Part shown: positions 21,114 to 32,123 of the stretch, piece after piece
How the letters are laid out: every line of letters begins with the position of its first letter
Numbering within the stretch: position 1 is the first letter of the stretch
IMG/VR virus record: IMGVR_UViG_3300033150_001234
Location: 27,307-91,306 of that record
Direction: 5' to 3' (one strand)
Source: a virus
DNA: 64,000 bases
Translations under genes and position numbers: made by a program
The notes under the pieces: model-generated
Databases searched by the model: none
What the model saw: the letters and a program-made list of their open reading frames with translations, nothing else
What the model was told of the DNA's origin: nothing

Positions 21114-21434
21114 ATGATAAGTACTTATTTTAATAAAAGTGCAACACGTACTAGAAAGTCAGTAGTAAGTACAAATGATTTTGGAGAACCAACTTTTAGC
21201 GATAACACATCTGCAAGTTTTGATTGTGCTTTACAACCCGATAATGGTGATTATACGGTAGAGGAATCGGGTAAGGTAATAACAAGTACACATAGACTTT
21301 ATTGTGCAATTACAGTAGATATAACTCAGGGTGATATAATTACAATAGAAAGTGAAAAGTATAAAGTATTAGCTGTAATGGATGACGCCGGACGAGGAAA
21401 TCATCTGAAAATAATGTTAAGGATAGTGAGCTAA
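21114..21434 (+). CDS. Head closure / head-tail adaptor
   Basis: NDFGEP, DITQGDII, YKVLAV.D..G..HL. Confidence 0.8.
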   Translation: MISTYFNKSATRTRKSVVSTNDFGEPTFSDNTSASFDCALQPDNGDYTVEESGKVITSTHRLYCAITVDITQGDIITIESEKYKVLAVMDDAGRGNHLKIMLRIVS

Positions 21435-21806
21435 GTGTCTCAAGCTACAGAAATAAAAGTTAGAGGTGTAGAACAACTTTTAAAAAAATTAGCTGTAATA
21501 AGTGCAAAAACACCTAAAAAAGTAGAAGATGGTATGTATCGTCTAACTTCTATGGCAGCAGAAATGACAAGGCAATCTTTTCCAGGGTGGATTTGGGATA
21601 CAGGTAGATTAGCAGGAAGTGTAGATAATACGGTTAAATGGTATAAGGGTCAAATAGAAGGATATGTTTTTACGATGGTAGATTACGGTATTTATGTACA
21701 CTTCGGTACTTATAAAATGAGAGCAAGACCATTTATGAATATTGCGATGAATGTATTAAGAGACCCAATACGTCATAAGTGGGCATTCGGAAAGATATTA
21801 GAATAA
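21435..21806 (+). CDS. HK97 gp10-like neck/tail-completion protein
   Basis: DTGRLAGS, YGIYVHFGTYKMRARPFM. Confidence 0.85.
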   Translation: MSQATEIKVRGVEQLLKKLAVISAKTPKKVEDGMYRLTSMAAEMTRQSFPGWIWDTGRLAGSVDNTVKWYKGQIEGYVFTMVDYGIYVHFGTYKMRARPFMNIAMNVLRDPIRHKWAFGKILE

Positions 21807-22207
21807 TGGAATTATTAAAAACGATAAGAGACAAACTAATAAGTACAGCGGCAGTGACTACCTTAGTATCTGCTTCAGATATACGTGTACGAGATATGCC
21901 ACTTAGTCGAACTAATAAGCAAATAATTTTGAGCGAAACATTGGGAGATTCTCATTCTACACTAGAGGCAGAAAGTGGTACCTTTACAATAATAATTTAT
22001 GTAAAAGATACCGTAACAGAGGCATATAGTATTTTAAAACAAATAATAGCAGTAGTTTTAGATACATTAGATAAGAAAAATGAAACATTAGCAGATAGTA
22101 ATGCATATGTAAGATTATTTAGAAAAACAGATGGTGAACCAGTACACAATGATAGTGAAGAATTTTGGATGTGCCCAATTGTATTTGATACAGTTGTGGG
22201 TGAATAA
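21806..22207 (+). CDS. Tail terminator (putative)
   Basis: Position, size and IRDKL..AAVT.LV pattern; likely start ATG 21806. Confidence 0.65.
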   Translation: MELLKTIRDKLISTAAVTTLVSASDIRVRDMPLSRTNKQIILSETLGDSHSTLEAESGTFTIIIYVKDTVTEAYSILKQIIAVVLDTLDKKNETLADSNAYVRLFRKTDGEPVHNDSEEFWMCPIVFDTVVGE

Positions 22208-22234
22208 AAATAAATAAAAAGGAGGGGAGAAAAA

Positions 22235-22633
22235 ATGTACACTTTTAAATTTAGTGCAGGTAAAGCAAAGATTGGCGATGATTATGTAGCACCGTGTCAA
22301 GGGATTACAGTAGCATTTGCCGGAAATCCTTCCGAACTTTTTGGCGGGGATTACAGATATCCTTTAGCTATTGAGCTAGGAAATCAAAGTTGCGAAATCA
22401 CAATCGAGAGTGCCGAATTCGGATTGGAAAATTTTCCGGGAGACGACGGCGGGGATGCTGCAACGTTTTTAAAAAATACCTTGATTGACTTGACATTGGA
22501 AGCAGGGGCTAACGGTGGCGGTTTAGCAGGTACTATTAAAAATTGTAAGGTAACTAATTATGAAGTTATTTCAGTGCAGGATGATTTTGTAAAAGCTACA
22601 CTTACTTTAAAGAAAGTTCAATATTTAACGTAA
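22235..22633 (+). CDS. Major tail (tube) protein, compact 132 aa
   Basis: Position after terminator, strong SD AGGAGG, beta-rich; no sheath gene present. Confidence 0.65.
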   Translation: MYTFKFSAGKAKIGDDYVAPCQGITVAFAGNPSELFGGDYRYPLAIELGNQSCEITIESAEFGLENFPGDDGGDAATFLKNTLIDLTLEAGANGGGLAGTIKNCKVTNYEVISVQDDFVKATLTLKKVQYLT

Positions 22634-22697
22634 TGAATATTTGAACATATTCCAAGATTACTCATAGTAATTGAGTTAATAAAAGGAGGTATATATC

Positions 22698-23030
22698 ATG
22701 GGTAAAACTAAAAGAATTACTCAAGTGGATTACACGATTACACTAGAAGACGGAAAGGATTATATCATAAAACCTTTGAGTTTAGTAGAAGTTAAACAAT
22801 TTACTTCACAATTAAAGGGATTAGATAAACTATCCGCAGATACAGACCTTGAGGAAATTCCAGGATTGATGGATAAACTAATCAAGGTCTGTTCTACTAT
22901 TTTAGTGAAATCTAATAAGCAGTTAACAGAGGAAATAGTAGGTAAATTAGTTGCAGTTGCAGATATTAAAAGTATTTTAGCTGTTGGACTCGGAGGAAGT
23001 GTTGAAACCGAGGAAGATGCTGAAATATAA
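22698..23030 (+). CDS. Tail assembly chaperone
   Basis: Between tube and tape measure genes; strong SD. Confidence 0.65.
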   Translation: MGKTKRITQVDYTITLEDGKDYIIKPLSLVEVKQFTSQLKGLDKLSADTDLEEIPGLMDKLIKVCSTILVKSNKQLTEEIVGKLVAVADIKSILAVGLGGSVETEEDAEI

Positions 23031-23404
23031 TGGAATTTTCACATGATTTTGAAGTAATTGATATTTTAGCAAGTGAATATGGTTGGAGTATAGATTATAT
23101 TCAAGAATTAGATATCAATGAAATTCAAGGTTTGATTCAAGAAATTAATACAAGGAACGTAGAGCATTATAAAATGTTATCCTATATTTCTGTTTTAGCA
23201 TTTTCAGGTAAAACAATAGATAGTATTTTAAATGTTCAACCTGTAATAAATAAAGAGGTAGTCGAAAGTAAAGAAGATAAAGAAAAAATAGACAAGCGAC
23301 GTGAAAAACAACAGGAACAAATGATGATTAAATTATTTACATCTTTAGGAATGAAACCAAAAAAACTTAAAGAAAGTTTAGATAAAGGGAAGTTGGAAAT
23401 ATAA
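23030..23404 (+). CDS. Tail assembly chaperone 2 (pre-tape-measure)
   Basis: LASEYGWSIDYIQEL motif, position. Confidence 0.65.
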   Translation: MEFSHDFEVIDILASEYGWSIDYIQELDINEIQGLIQEINTRNVEHYKMLSYISVLAFSGKTIDSILNVQPVINKEVVESKEDKEKIDKRREKQQEQMMIKLFTSLGMKPKKLKESLDKGKLEI

Positions 23405-25524
23405 TGCGCGTAGGAGAAATCCAGGTAATCTTAAAATTAGCATATAGAGGTTTTCAATCAGCCTTAAGAGGAATTAGAGGTCAAATTCTTTCCTTTAAAA
23501 ATTCTATAACTTCTTTAGGAAGAGGTATCAGTCGTATATTTAGTAGTTTATTCAGAGTTATACGTAATGTGGGTATAGTGGCGGGTATAGCTTTTGGTGC
23601 GATGATTATAGCAGGGGCAAGATTTGAAGATGCTATGAATAGAACCTTCGCCATTATATCAGGTGGTTCTAAAATGGCAGCTGCGGGTATGTCTGCTTTG
23701 ACAGAGGAAGCAAGAAGATTGGGTCGTGAGACATTATATTCGAGTACACAAGCAGCAAAGGGTATGCAAGTTTTAGCATTGGCAGGTTTTAATACCAGAG
23801 AGATTTTAAAAACTATAGGACCCGTTTTAAATATGGCTATAGTAGGTAACATTGAATTAGCAGAGGCATCTTCAATAGCTATTACTGCTTTAAGGTCATT
23901 CCAAATGGATGCGAGTAAGACAGTAAGAGTATCTGATATTCTGGCAAAAGCAGCTGTATCTGCTAACATAACTATAAGCTCCTTAGGAGAGTCATTGAAA
24001 TATTCAGCAGCAGTGGCAAATGCAGCAGGGTGGTCAATAGAAGAATTAACAGCGGCTATAGGTCAAATGGGTAATGCAGGTTTTCAAGGTTCCATGGCAG
24101 GTTCATCATTAAGAAGAGCTATTTCAATGATGTTAAGTCCAACTTCTCAGGCGCAAAAAATAATGAACAAGTTGGGATTAACCTTTACAGATTCTACGGG
24201 TAAATTAAAACCGTTCGTAGAGATAATAAGTGCTTTAGAAGTAGCAGGTATTGGCGCTGCAGATATGTTTAAACTATTTGGATTAAGGGCAGCACCAGCA
24301 ATGACGGCAGTAGTATCTATGGGAGTAGGTAGCTTAACAAAATTACAGAAAAAATTAGAAGATTCAGCAGGTACTGCAGATAAAATGAGTCAAAAATTTA
24401 GAGAAACAATAGTTGGAAGATTTAAGGATTTAATGGCTACGGTAAATGAGTTAGCCATTACATTTACAAAAGCTTTTGGTACATCTATAGCAGATGCATT
24501 ATTTGGTATGAGGAATTGGTTAAATGAAATCAATGACGCCATACAAGCACACGGTAGATTAGCAAAGATAATTGATTCTCTTAAAGAAGGTCTAAGTCCG
24601 TTAACGGAAAAATTCAAAGAACTGGGACAAAGTATGATAGACTGGATTAAGGATGCAGACTTTGATGCAATATCAAAGAGTATTAAAGAATTTGTAGCTA
24701 GTGCAATGACTAGTGTAGCAAAGCTTATAGAATTTCTCAAGGATGTAGAGTGGGGAGCATTATTTAAAGGACTCGCAGGCGCAGTACAATTTATATCAGA
24801 TACTTTTTTGAATATACAAACAGCAGTAGAGAAATTTTCCAAATATATTTCAGAAGATTTACCCACAAGTTTAGCGGCCGGATTTGCTAAATCCTTTAAT
24901 ATAATAGTGCAAGGTTTAACCAAGATACAAAGATTTATTTTACCATTTTTAAAATTACCTATACCTCAATTAGTAAGTAAAGAATCTGCAGGGCAGTATG
25001 GTGAAACAGAAATTTCTACGCCCAGAGGAAAAGGTAAGTTGCCGAAAGGAATGCACGAAAGAGATGATGTAATAGGTAATATGCCAGCAGGCTTACCTGG
25101 GGGGATGTCAGATATAGGAGGAGTATTAGGTAATTTTAAAAAAAATTTAGTAGAATTAAATGGTGAAATTACTAATTTAGCAGGTACATTAAAAGTAACT
25201 AAAGCACCCATCACCGAGAGTATCAAGCGTCAACTAACACCCGAAGAAGAATTCAGTAAAAGAACAGGATTAGGCTCCCCGGCAAGGGAGTATCTTAAGT
25301 TATTAGCCGATTCAAGTACGGAAGAAAAAGAAGTACAAGAAAGATTATTGGGGAGATGGATAGAGGGACGTAAGGGAATAATAGACATAAATCAAAAAAT
25401 AATAGATGAAATAATTAGAATGAATGAAGCTATTGCGACAAACACTCAACAAATAGGTAATGCAAAAGTAGAAGACAGAGCAAAAAATAGTAATTATTTA
25501 AGAAATCTTAAAATAGGTGGCTAA
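23404..25524 (+). CDS. Tail tape measure protein (TP901 core)
   Basis: FEDAM, T.YSSTQAA.GM..LA.AGF, LGESLKY, G.MGNAG.QGSMAG. Confidence 0.93.
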   Translation: MRVGEIQVILKLAYRGFQSALRGIRGQILSFKNSITSLGRGISRIFSSLFRVIRNVGIVAGIAFGAMIIAGARFEDAMNRTFAIISGGSKMAAAGMSALTEEARRLGRETLYSSTQAAKGMQVLALAGFNTREILKTIGPVLNMAIVGNIELAEASSIAITALRSFQMDASKTVRVSDILAKAAVSANITISSLGESLKYSAAVANAAGWSIEELTAAIGQMGNAGFQGSMAGSSLRRAISMMLSPTSQAQKIMNKLGLTFTDSTGKLKPFVEIISALEVAGIGAADMFKLFGLRAAPAMTAVVSMGVGSLTKLQKKLEDSAGTADKMSQKFRETIVGRFKDLMATVNELAITFTKAFGTSIADALFGMRNWLNEINDAIQAHGRLAKIIDSLKEGLSPLTEKFKELGQSMIDWIKDADFDAISKSIKEFVASAMTSVAKLIEFLKDVEWGALFKGLAGAVQFISDTFLNIQTAVEKFSKYISEDLPTSLAAGFAKSFNIIVQGLTKIQRFILPFLKLPIPQLVSKESAGQYGETEISTPRGKGKLPKGMHERDDVIGNMPAGLPGGMSDIGGVLGNFKKNLVELNGEITNLAGTLKVTKAPITESIKRQLTPEEEFSKRTGLGSPAREYLKLLADSSTEEKEVQERLLGRWIEGRKGIIDINQKIIDEIIRMNEAIATNTQQIGNAKVEDRAKNSNYLRNLKIGG

Positions 25525-26463
25525 ATGGCAAACCCAAATTTGGAAATGTTTCGCAGTGATACTCTAGCAGAAGTAGGTACTTCAGTAGTACCAATTGATT
25601 TTGGATTATGTGATGCAGGAGAAGAAACTTTATTGGCATACGATATCTTACTTTATAATGATAAAACGGGTGCATTAGGTTCAGAAGATGCTAAAAGTAT
25701 TGAAATAGAATTATTAAGAATGATTATAGAACAAAATGAAACAGGTGACGGTACTGCAAGTCAAACACATACATTAGTATATATTCCAGTGATTAGTGGT
25801 ACAGACGAGGTAACAGTAGACGGCACTGAGTGGAGAAGAGTAACAAGTTTTGCAGGTCTTGGTGCGAGTGATAAAGTGTATACGCTTAATTATACTACGG
25901 GTGTAATATTATTTGGAAATGGTGTAGAAGGTGAGAAACCAGGTGCAGGAGAGGCAATAGTAATTAGTTACACACCTGATTTGAATACTTATGGGAAAAC
26001 AATTTACACTGATAAATGGATTTCAGTAAAATCAGATGGTGTAGTGCAGGTTGAATTACATATCGGGGCAGTTACTCCAGAACATTCAGCTAAAATAGAT
26101 AATGATAATATACAAGTTTTACATTATCCAGGATTAACAGATGTAGTGGGTGTTTGGGATAATGCTAGTAAAACAGGTACTAACTATTATACAAGCGGTT
26201 CATATGATTCAGATACTGGAATTATAACTCTAGGTGCTTCTTTAGTAGGAGCAGATGCCTATACAGAGTATAAATATGAAATAAAAGATGATAACGAAGG
26301 AGTTTATTCTGCCATAGGTAATGGGGATAAACATAGTTTTGATAATAGAATACCAAGTAAAAATGCTAAAAAATTATCTTTTAAAGTAGACGTACCTACA
26401 ACTGCAAGTACTGAGGGTGGTTCATATTTAAAAGCAATTTTTAGAATACTTTATAGTTTTTAA
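25525..26463 (+). CDS. Tail tip/baseplate structural protein
   Basis: VDGTEWRRV.SF...FGNG..G..P..G..I.ISY module. Confidence 0.65.
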   Translation: MANPNLEMFRSDTLAEVGTSVVPIDFGLCDAGEETLLAYDILLYNDKTGALGSEDAKSIEIELLRMIIEQNETGDGTASQTHTLVYIPVISGTDEVTVDGTEWRRVTSFAGLGASDKVYTLNYTTGVILFGNGVEGEKPGAGEAIVISYTPDLNTYGKTIYTDKWISVKSDGVVQVELHIGAVTPEHSAKIDNDNIQVLHYPGLTDVVGVWDNASKTGTNYYTSGSYDSDTGIITLGASLVGADAYTEYKYEIKDDNEGVYSAIGNGDKHSFDNRIPSKNAKKLSFKVDVPTTASTEGGSYLKAIFRILYSF

Positions 26464-26490
26464 AACGTTAAAATAAAGAGGTGAGAAATA

Positions 26491-26970
26491 ATGCCAGCAG
26501 TACATGCATTTTCAGAAAGTAATGGTGCAGGAGAAGTTGTACAGGATAGTATATCTAATCTTAATATGGGTGATAATGATTCATATGAGATAGTGGTAGC
26601 AACTCATCCAGTATTAGCAAGTGAAAATACTTATGAAAAATATATTAGGGCTAAGTTTAGCGGTACCTTTACTGAGATATCTAATATGAAGTTTTGGAAG
26701 TCTAGTGGTGCATATTTAACAGGTGAATTAATTAAAGCAGCTGCAAATGTAGTATATACACAACCAGTAAAAACGAATTCAACAGTAGCTACGGTAGATA
26801 TTCCTATAATTGAAGGTTCAGCTTTAAGTATTCAATCTGCAGCAGGTACAGCTACTATAGTAGCAACAGGTTATACTAAGTATATATGTTTACAATTACA
26901 GACAACGGTAAGTACACCATCAGGTGATTTGAATCAAAAAGTATTTTTATTTCAGTATGATGAGGTGTAA
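26491..26970 (+). CDS. Structural protein (tail tip region)
   Basis: Beta-rich, ends F.YDE, in tail block. Confidence 0.55.
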   Translation: MPAVHAFSESNGAGEVVQDSISNLNMGDNDSYEIVVATHPVLASENTYEKYIRAKFSGTFTEISNMKFWKSSGAYLTGELIKAAANVVYTQPVKTNSTVATVDIPIIEGSALSIQSAAGTATIVATGYTKYICLQLQTTVSTPSGDLNQKVFLFQYDEV

Positions 26971-27015
26971 AAGTTATTTTAATTCAATAAAATAAAAAAT
27001 AGGAGATTTAATACA

Positions 27016-27450
27016 ATGAGTCTTTTAAACATCGATAGTAAGAAACCGGAATTACAAATACATTGGGAAGCTATTTTTGCAGATGGTTCTTCTATATCCC
27101 AATTTAAAAATGGAGAAGAAAATCTATTTAAAGAAGTACAAAATAAATATGATAGTCTTCTCTATTTTTCTTTAATTCATAAATCTAAACCTGTTAAAAT
27201 TACTGTAGACCTTAAACAAGGTATTATATCTTTAAATCAGGCTACTCAGTTAGAAGATGTTTTAGTTATTGGTAAAAATAATACTAGACTTATATATTTT
27301 AGAAGAAATAGAGTTAAATTAACAAATAGTGAAATAATTAATCATGAAATTATATATTTTTTAGGTTATCAATATTTAGATTCGAACGGAAGAAATAAGA
27401 AAGTAATCTTACAAATAACCCAAGATGGAAAGATTGTAATAGGTGGATAG
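27016..27450 (+). CDS. Hypothetical protein
   Basis: ORF with SD AGGAG. Confidence 0.6.
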   Translation: MSLLNIDSKKPELQIHWEAIFADGSSISQFKNGEENLFKEVQNKYDSLLYFSLIHKSKPVKITVDLKQGIISLNQATQLEDVLVIGKNNTRLIYFRRNRVKLTNSEIINHEIIYFLGYQYLDSNGRNKKVILQITQDGKIVIGG

Positions 27451-27499
27451 AATGTTAAACAAAATTGCTATTAATATAGTATATTATGGAGTATAATAA

Positions 27500-29623
27500 A
27501 TGAGTGAACAAAAAACTATAAACTCAGATAGTAGAATTTATGTACAAGAACAAAAAACAATAAATTCTAATACTTTTATAAGGTATAAAAAGGATTTTTA
27601 CGCACGTGTAGAAGTAGAGAATACTAGTCAAAAAGATTTTTATAATCAATTAAAGGTAAACCAGCCTACCCCTACAGATATATTAGGATTAACAGCTACG
27701 GACCCTGAAACAGGCGATTCAATAATTTTAGATTGGAATGACGATTCTAATTACGGTTATAATATATATAAGGATGTAGGTGCAGTTTGGGTAAAACAAA
27801 ATGAAACAGTATTACAAACAAATAGTTGCGCTATAGGTAGTTTAACAACAGGTATTCAATATACTTTTCAAGTAAGGGCGGTAAATGGTGCAGGAAGTGA
27901 AAGTTCAGGGGTAACTATTACAGGTACAGCCTATCCAAATGATACTCAGCCTTCATTTGATATGTCACACTATACGGGGGCTGATTTTACAATTGGTATA
28001 GATGGAGTAGAACAAACGGATGCTGTTTTAGAAAAAGTAGAATTGGTTTACGGTACTTCATTATCAAATGCAAGTTTTTACATACCTAAAAATCCAACTA
28101 CTCCAGGGTTACCCGAAGCTACTAGACAAGAGGTTATAGTTTATATCAGAGGTAGAAAAGTATTTACGGGATTATTAATTTCCCGAGGTAATAATTATGA
28201 TTCAACTTCTTTAAGAGTTAATTATGTAGCAGTAGATAAAAGATATGAAGAAACATTATATTCTATGGGTATAGACGTAACTATGCCAACAGGTTATCCA
28301 GAAGATTTATGGGACCCAGTTCAAGCAGCAGATTTAACGGGTTTAAATTATAGGGCTTTTGGATTAAAGTACAAGGGAAATTATAAAATATATTGTGATG
28401 AAAATGGTAATATAGGTTATTATGAGATAGGTAAACCAATAACTGTACGTACTTTTGAAGTAGGTAAACATATTTTAAAATCTAATATTAAAACCGATTG
28501 GTCAAATCCTCCGAAACAAGTTACGGTATATAGTGCAGAAACTCAAAAAACAGTATATAAATCTTGGGCTAAATCAGGTAATACTAAAAGTATAAGTGCA
28601 AAAGATATTTCAAATGTACAAGTATTTGCAAAAATAAATAATAAACCTCAAGTAGTTAGTTATTTAGAAGATATAGAAGTATTACCAGGACATATAGAAA
28701 ATATATACGGTAGTTTTAAATTTACATCTCCTTCAATTACTATTAGACAATTTGGAGAAACTCAAACGGAATATGAAACACGTGTAGCAGAATCAGAAGC
28801 AGATAAAGTACAAGTAAGATGGGGTGACGGCGGTTCTGATGGTAGGCATCCAATATCGAGTTATTCGTCTTATTTTAGTTCTTGGCAACCAGTAAGTGCT
28901 AAAATAGAATACGATGAAGATGGTGATGGTTGTACAATTGAAGTTTCACCTACACCTAAGAAATGGCATAAAAATGTTCAAAGTGGTACAGTTAAATTTA
29001 TTACAATGGATGGAGATACTCCCGTAAATACTTATTTATATGTAAATATTTGGAATGAACCTTATTGGTCAACTGCAGTTAAAAAAGTAGTTTATACTTA
29101 TAAAACAACTCGCAGGTCAAAACAAGCAGGAAGCGGTATAGCTACAAAGACAATACATGAAAATATAGTTCCAGCATTTATAAATGTTCCGAGTGATATA
29201 CCGTACCAATATGAATCAGATAATAATTATGATACAGTTGATATTTATTTACAAAATAGGGCAGACATAGAAGCTGCGAAATCGGCTTCAGGTACAACTA
29301 AGGGAACTATGACTGTTTTAGGAGATGAAACCTTGAATTTAAGAATGAAAGTAAACGGGTTAGAAGTAGTAAAAGTGGTACATGATTTTTCAAGTGGTTT
29401 AGGATATGTATGTCATTTAGATTTAACAGATGAAGCATTTTATCCCGGTGTAATTGCATACATTGGAGATGAACTTGAGGTACATAAAAATAATGAAGTT
29501 ACAAATAATAGTTTTATAACTACGTATCAATATAATCAAAAGAAAATAGAAGCAATAGTAGGTGAACAATTAAGTGACCAGGGGGATGACCCTAAAGCAG
29601 GTATAGCTCATTATGCAGATTAA
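27500..29623 (+). CDS. Tail tip / hub protein with fibronectin type III domain
   Basis: PT...LTA....SIILDW...GYNIY...LTTGIQYTFQVRAVNGAG.ES FN3 signature, then hub-like region. Confidence 0.7.
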   Translation: MSEQKTINSDSRIYVQEQKTINSNTFIRYKKDFYARVEVENTSQKDFYNQLKVNQPTPTDILGLTATDPETGDSIILDWNDDSNYGYNIYKDVGAVWVKQNETVLQTNSCAIGSLTTGIQYTFQVRAVNGAGSESSGVTITGTAYPNDTQPSFDMSHYTGADFTIGIDGVEQTDAVLEKVELVYGTSLSNASFYIPKNPTTPGLPEATRQEVIVYIRGRKVFTGLLISRGNNYDSTSLRVNYVAVDKRYEETLYSMGIDVTMPTGYPEDLWDPVQAADLTGLNYRAFGLKYKGNYKIYCDENGNIGYYEIGKPITVRTFEVGKHILKSNIKTDWSNPPKQVTVYSAETQKTVYKSWAKSGNTKSISAKDISNVQVFAKINNKPQVVSYLEDIEVLPGHIENIYGSFKFTSPSITIRQFGETQTEYETRVAESEADKVQVRWGDGGSDGRHPISSYSSYFSSWQPVSAKIEYDEDGDGCTIEVSPTPKKWHKNVQSGTVKFITMDGDTPVNTYLYVNIWNEPYWSTAVKKVVYTYKTTRRSKQAGSGIATKTIHENIVPAFINVPSDIPYQYESDNNYDTVDIYLQNRADIEAAKSASGTTKGTMTVLGDETLNLRMKVNGLEVVKVVHDFSSGLGYVCHLDLTDEAFYPGVIAYIGDELEVHKNNEVTNNSFITTYQYNQKKIEAIVGEQLSDQGDDPKAGIAHYAD

Positions 29624-29631
29624 GGAAAAAT

Positions 29632-32109
29632 ATGGCAAAATGTCCAATTTGTAAAAATACAATAAATAATATTAGAGGTTTACGGGGAGAAGATGGTTTA
29701 GATGAAAACGGTGACCCAATACCTTTTTGGACAGACGACCCAATATTAACACAACGGGGTTTAGCAGGAAATGATTATAAAGGAAAGAATCCTGCAAGAT
29801 GGGTACACATAATAGAATTACAAAATTATTATGCTGAATTAGAAATTCTTTTAGGTATAACCCCTACTACTTGGTTAGATATTTCAAATGCAGAACCTTT
29901 AAGACACGCACATATAGTGCAGTTAAGAATAGCAGTAGAGTTTATTTTAACACATCTAGGTAAAACTATTGCAGATTATTTTAAGTATGATAGACAAGGA
30001 GGTGAAGTAACTACAACTCAAAGTGATTGGACAGATGTAGATAGAAGTGGCAGCGGAAGTTACCCTGTGTTACTGGGTAATGTACCAATAAGGGCTTTAC
30101 ATATAGAAGAACTTAGAAGGGGAATGCTAACTATGCCTAACGCTATTATAATGGCGTTTGATAATGCATTAGGTCAAAATGTATATGCCAACTACTCTAC
30201 AGGAGCTACCCCGTTTTTTATAAACACAGATACTTTAAACGCATTCGACTTAGATGATATGCGTTATGTAGAAATACATAAATTTCAACATGATAAAATA
30301 TCTATTTTTGAAGGTCCATTCTTTTCCTGGTTATCTAATGATGAGTTAACTCTTACAGATTCTTGGAGTGAGCATATGACGGAAACCACAAATTTTATGC
30401 CTCTAAGTTACTATTATGAATCTGGCGGCGTATGGTACTACAATTACTCCTATGAAAACCATTGGATTTCTACCGAACCTATAAGTAGTGAGGCAGATGA
30501 AGAAGAACATGATTACGTATTTTATGGTGCATCTAGAGATTTTGGTGGTAACTATGTAGATAAATTTACTTGTCCCTGGAAGAAGAATATAGGAACTAGT
30601 GATGGTTCACCTACACAAGTTTTTCCTACTAGTAGAACGTATCCAGCGTTACTACCTGAAGTTTCTTATCCAATAACTTTTAATAACACTGAAATGTATA
30701 TTTATGTAGATGGAGTATTATGGGAGAGAGTAGATAGTTTTGACGGACAAGATTGGGATGCTAAAGTATGTACAATATCAACAGCAGTAGTAGCTAGGGT
30801 AGGTACAGCCACTATAACTTTTGGTGATGGCGAAAGTGAAACGGGTAACGGTTTAATACCCCCAAATGGAGTTAGTATAGTAATCGAGTTTGCAATAGGA
30901 GTTTCAATACTTTGGGAGCACGAAGCTAAGGTACTAGATACTATAACCAATAGTCAGTATACAAAAATGACTTCAGTAGATGGGGTTAGGAATTCTTTAT
31001 TTGTAAATCTAAATGACCCTTACCATATGAATATAACGGCAAATGCTGATTTAGATATATACCATGACCGAATGGAGATAACTCTTAGAGACCAAGTCAA
31101 AACAGGTACATTTACCAATCCAAATATATATGCTAGGGAATACGGTAGTATTAATGATTTCGATAGTGCTTGGGGAAATAAGACTATTACTAATAGCCAT
31201 TCTTATAGGAGACAATATTGGTTCGATGTTTATAATTCATTATTTGGGGAATTTCATCTTACACATCCAACTGCTACTATGAGTCCGGTTATTAAAGAAT
31301 TTACTTGTAGTCGAGTAGTAGGAACTCCAACCGTAGAACATAGCAACATTAAAATTACCCAATTGCCCTACAATATAAGTGGTAGTGTTGTAACTTTTCC
31401 TTATACTATTTTTTTCGGAATTACGCAAGCAGATTGGTTAGCTAATTACGCCTACGCTAGTGAGGATTACAATAATGTTTACTATGAGAAAGATGGCGGG
31501 GGCGATTTCGGCGGTATGACTTTAGCATTTTCTAGGAGGACATATAGATATATTCATATTTGGGGAGACTTTATTCCCGGAGCAACTGAAATTATAGAAA
31601 CTCTAACAGGTGATACCGTAACTTATCATGGTTTAGACCAAATGGTTTCCATAAATATTCCCTTCCAGGCCGGAGAAAGTTGGGATTTAGGTTCAGGATG
31701 CTACTCAACCTCAACAAGGGAATGCTTGCCTTTAACTTTTACTTGGCAAGTAGTAAATATGTGGTTTAATGATAGTTTGTATAAATATAATAGCGTGGAT
31801 GATTTAACGCTACTTTCAACATTCTCAGACCTATCACAGGGTGAACAAGGATTATTTACTGCTTTTAAATCGGGTGATAGTGGGTTTAACTTGTATGTAA
31901 TCAATGCATCTGCAATTACTTATGATGGACATACTAAACCAACCGCAGATGATTATACTTATCTATACGTAAGTGAAGATGGAATTACTTGGACAAATCC
32001 AGGAATATATAAAGGAAGGGCATATAGCTCAGTTCCAGTAGACTTAGGAGCGTATGTTCCTACTCTATTCATAAATAAAGCCATAACTGTGGAAGATGCT
32101 TGGGCTTAA
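29632..32109 (+). CDS. Large tail tip / receptor-binding structural protein
   Basis: Repeated H..ELR motifs, second VDG.W.RV.SF..FGDG module, aromatic-rich C-terminus. Confidence 0.65.
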   Translation: MAKCPICKNTINNIRGLRGEDGLDENGDPIPFWTDDPILTQRGLAGNDYKGKNPARWVHIIELQNYYAELEILLGITPTTWLDISNAEPLRHAHIVQLRIAVEFILTHLGKTIADYFKYDRQGGEVTTTQSDWTDVDRSGSGSYPVLLGNVPIRALHIEELRRGMLTMPNAIIMAFDNALGQNVYANYSTGATPFFINTDTLNAFDLDDMRYVEIHKFQHDKISIFEGPFFSWLSNDELTLTDSWSEHMTETTNFMPLSYYYESGGVWYYNYSYENHWISTEPISSEADEEEHDYVFYGASRDFGGNYVDKFTCPWKKNIGTSDGSPTQVFPTSRTYPALLPEVSYPITFNNTEMYIYVDGVLWERVDSFDGQDWDAKVCTISTAVVARVGTATITFGDGESETGNGLIPPNGVSIVIEFAIGVSILWEHEAKVLDTITNSQYTKMTSVDGVRNSLFVNLNDPYHMNITANADLDIYHDRMEITLRDQVKTGTFTNPNIYAREYGSINDFDSAWGNKTITNSHSYRRQYWFDVYNSLFGEFHLTHPTATMSPVIKEFTCSRVVGTPTVEHSNIKITQLPYNISGSVVTFPYTIFFGITQADWLANYAYASEDYNNVYYEKDGGGDFGGMTLAFSRRTYRYIHIWGDFIPGATEIIETLTGDTVTYHGLDQMVSINIPFQAGESWDLGSGCYSTSTRECLPLTFTWQVVNMWFNDSLYKYNSVDDLTLLSTFSDLSQGEQGLFTAFKSGDSGFNLYVINASAITYDGHTKPTADDYTYLYVSEDGITWTNPGIYKGRAYSSVPVDLGAYVPTLFINKAITVEDAWA

Positions 32110-32123
32110 CTTAAGGAGAAAAA

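Noticed and set aside
22990-23035. Programmed -1 frameshift between tail chaperones
   Set aside because: No slippery heptamer, and the -1 frame has TGA at 23021-23023 just before the second ATG; TAATG translational coupling is more likely
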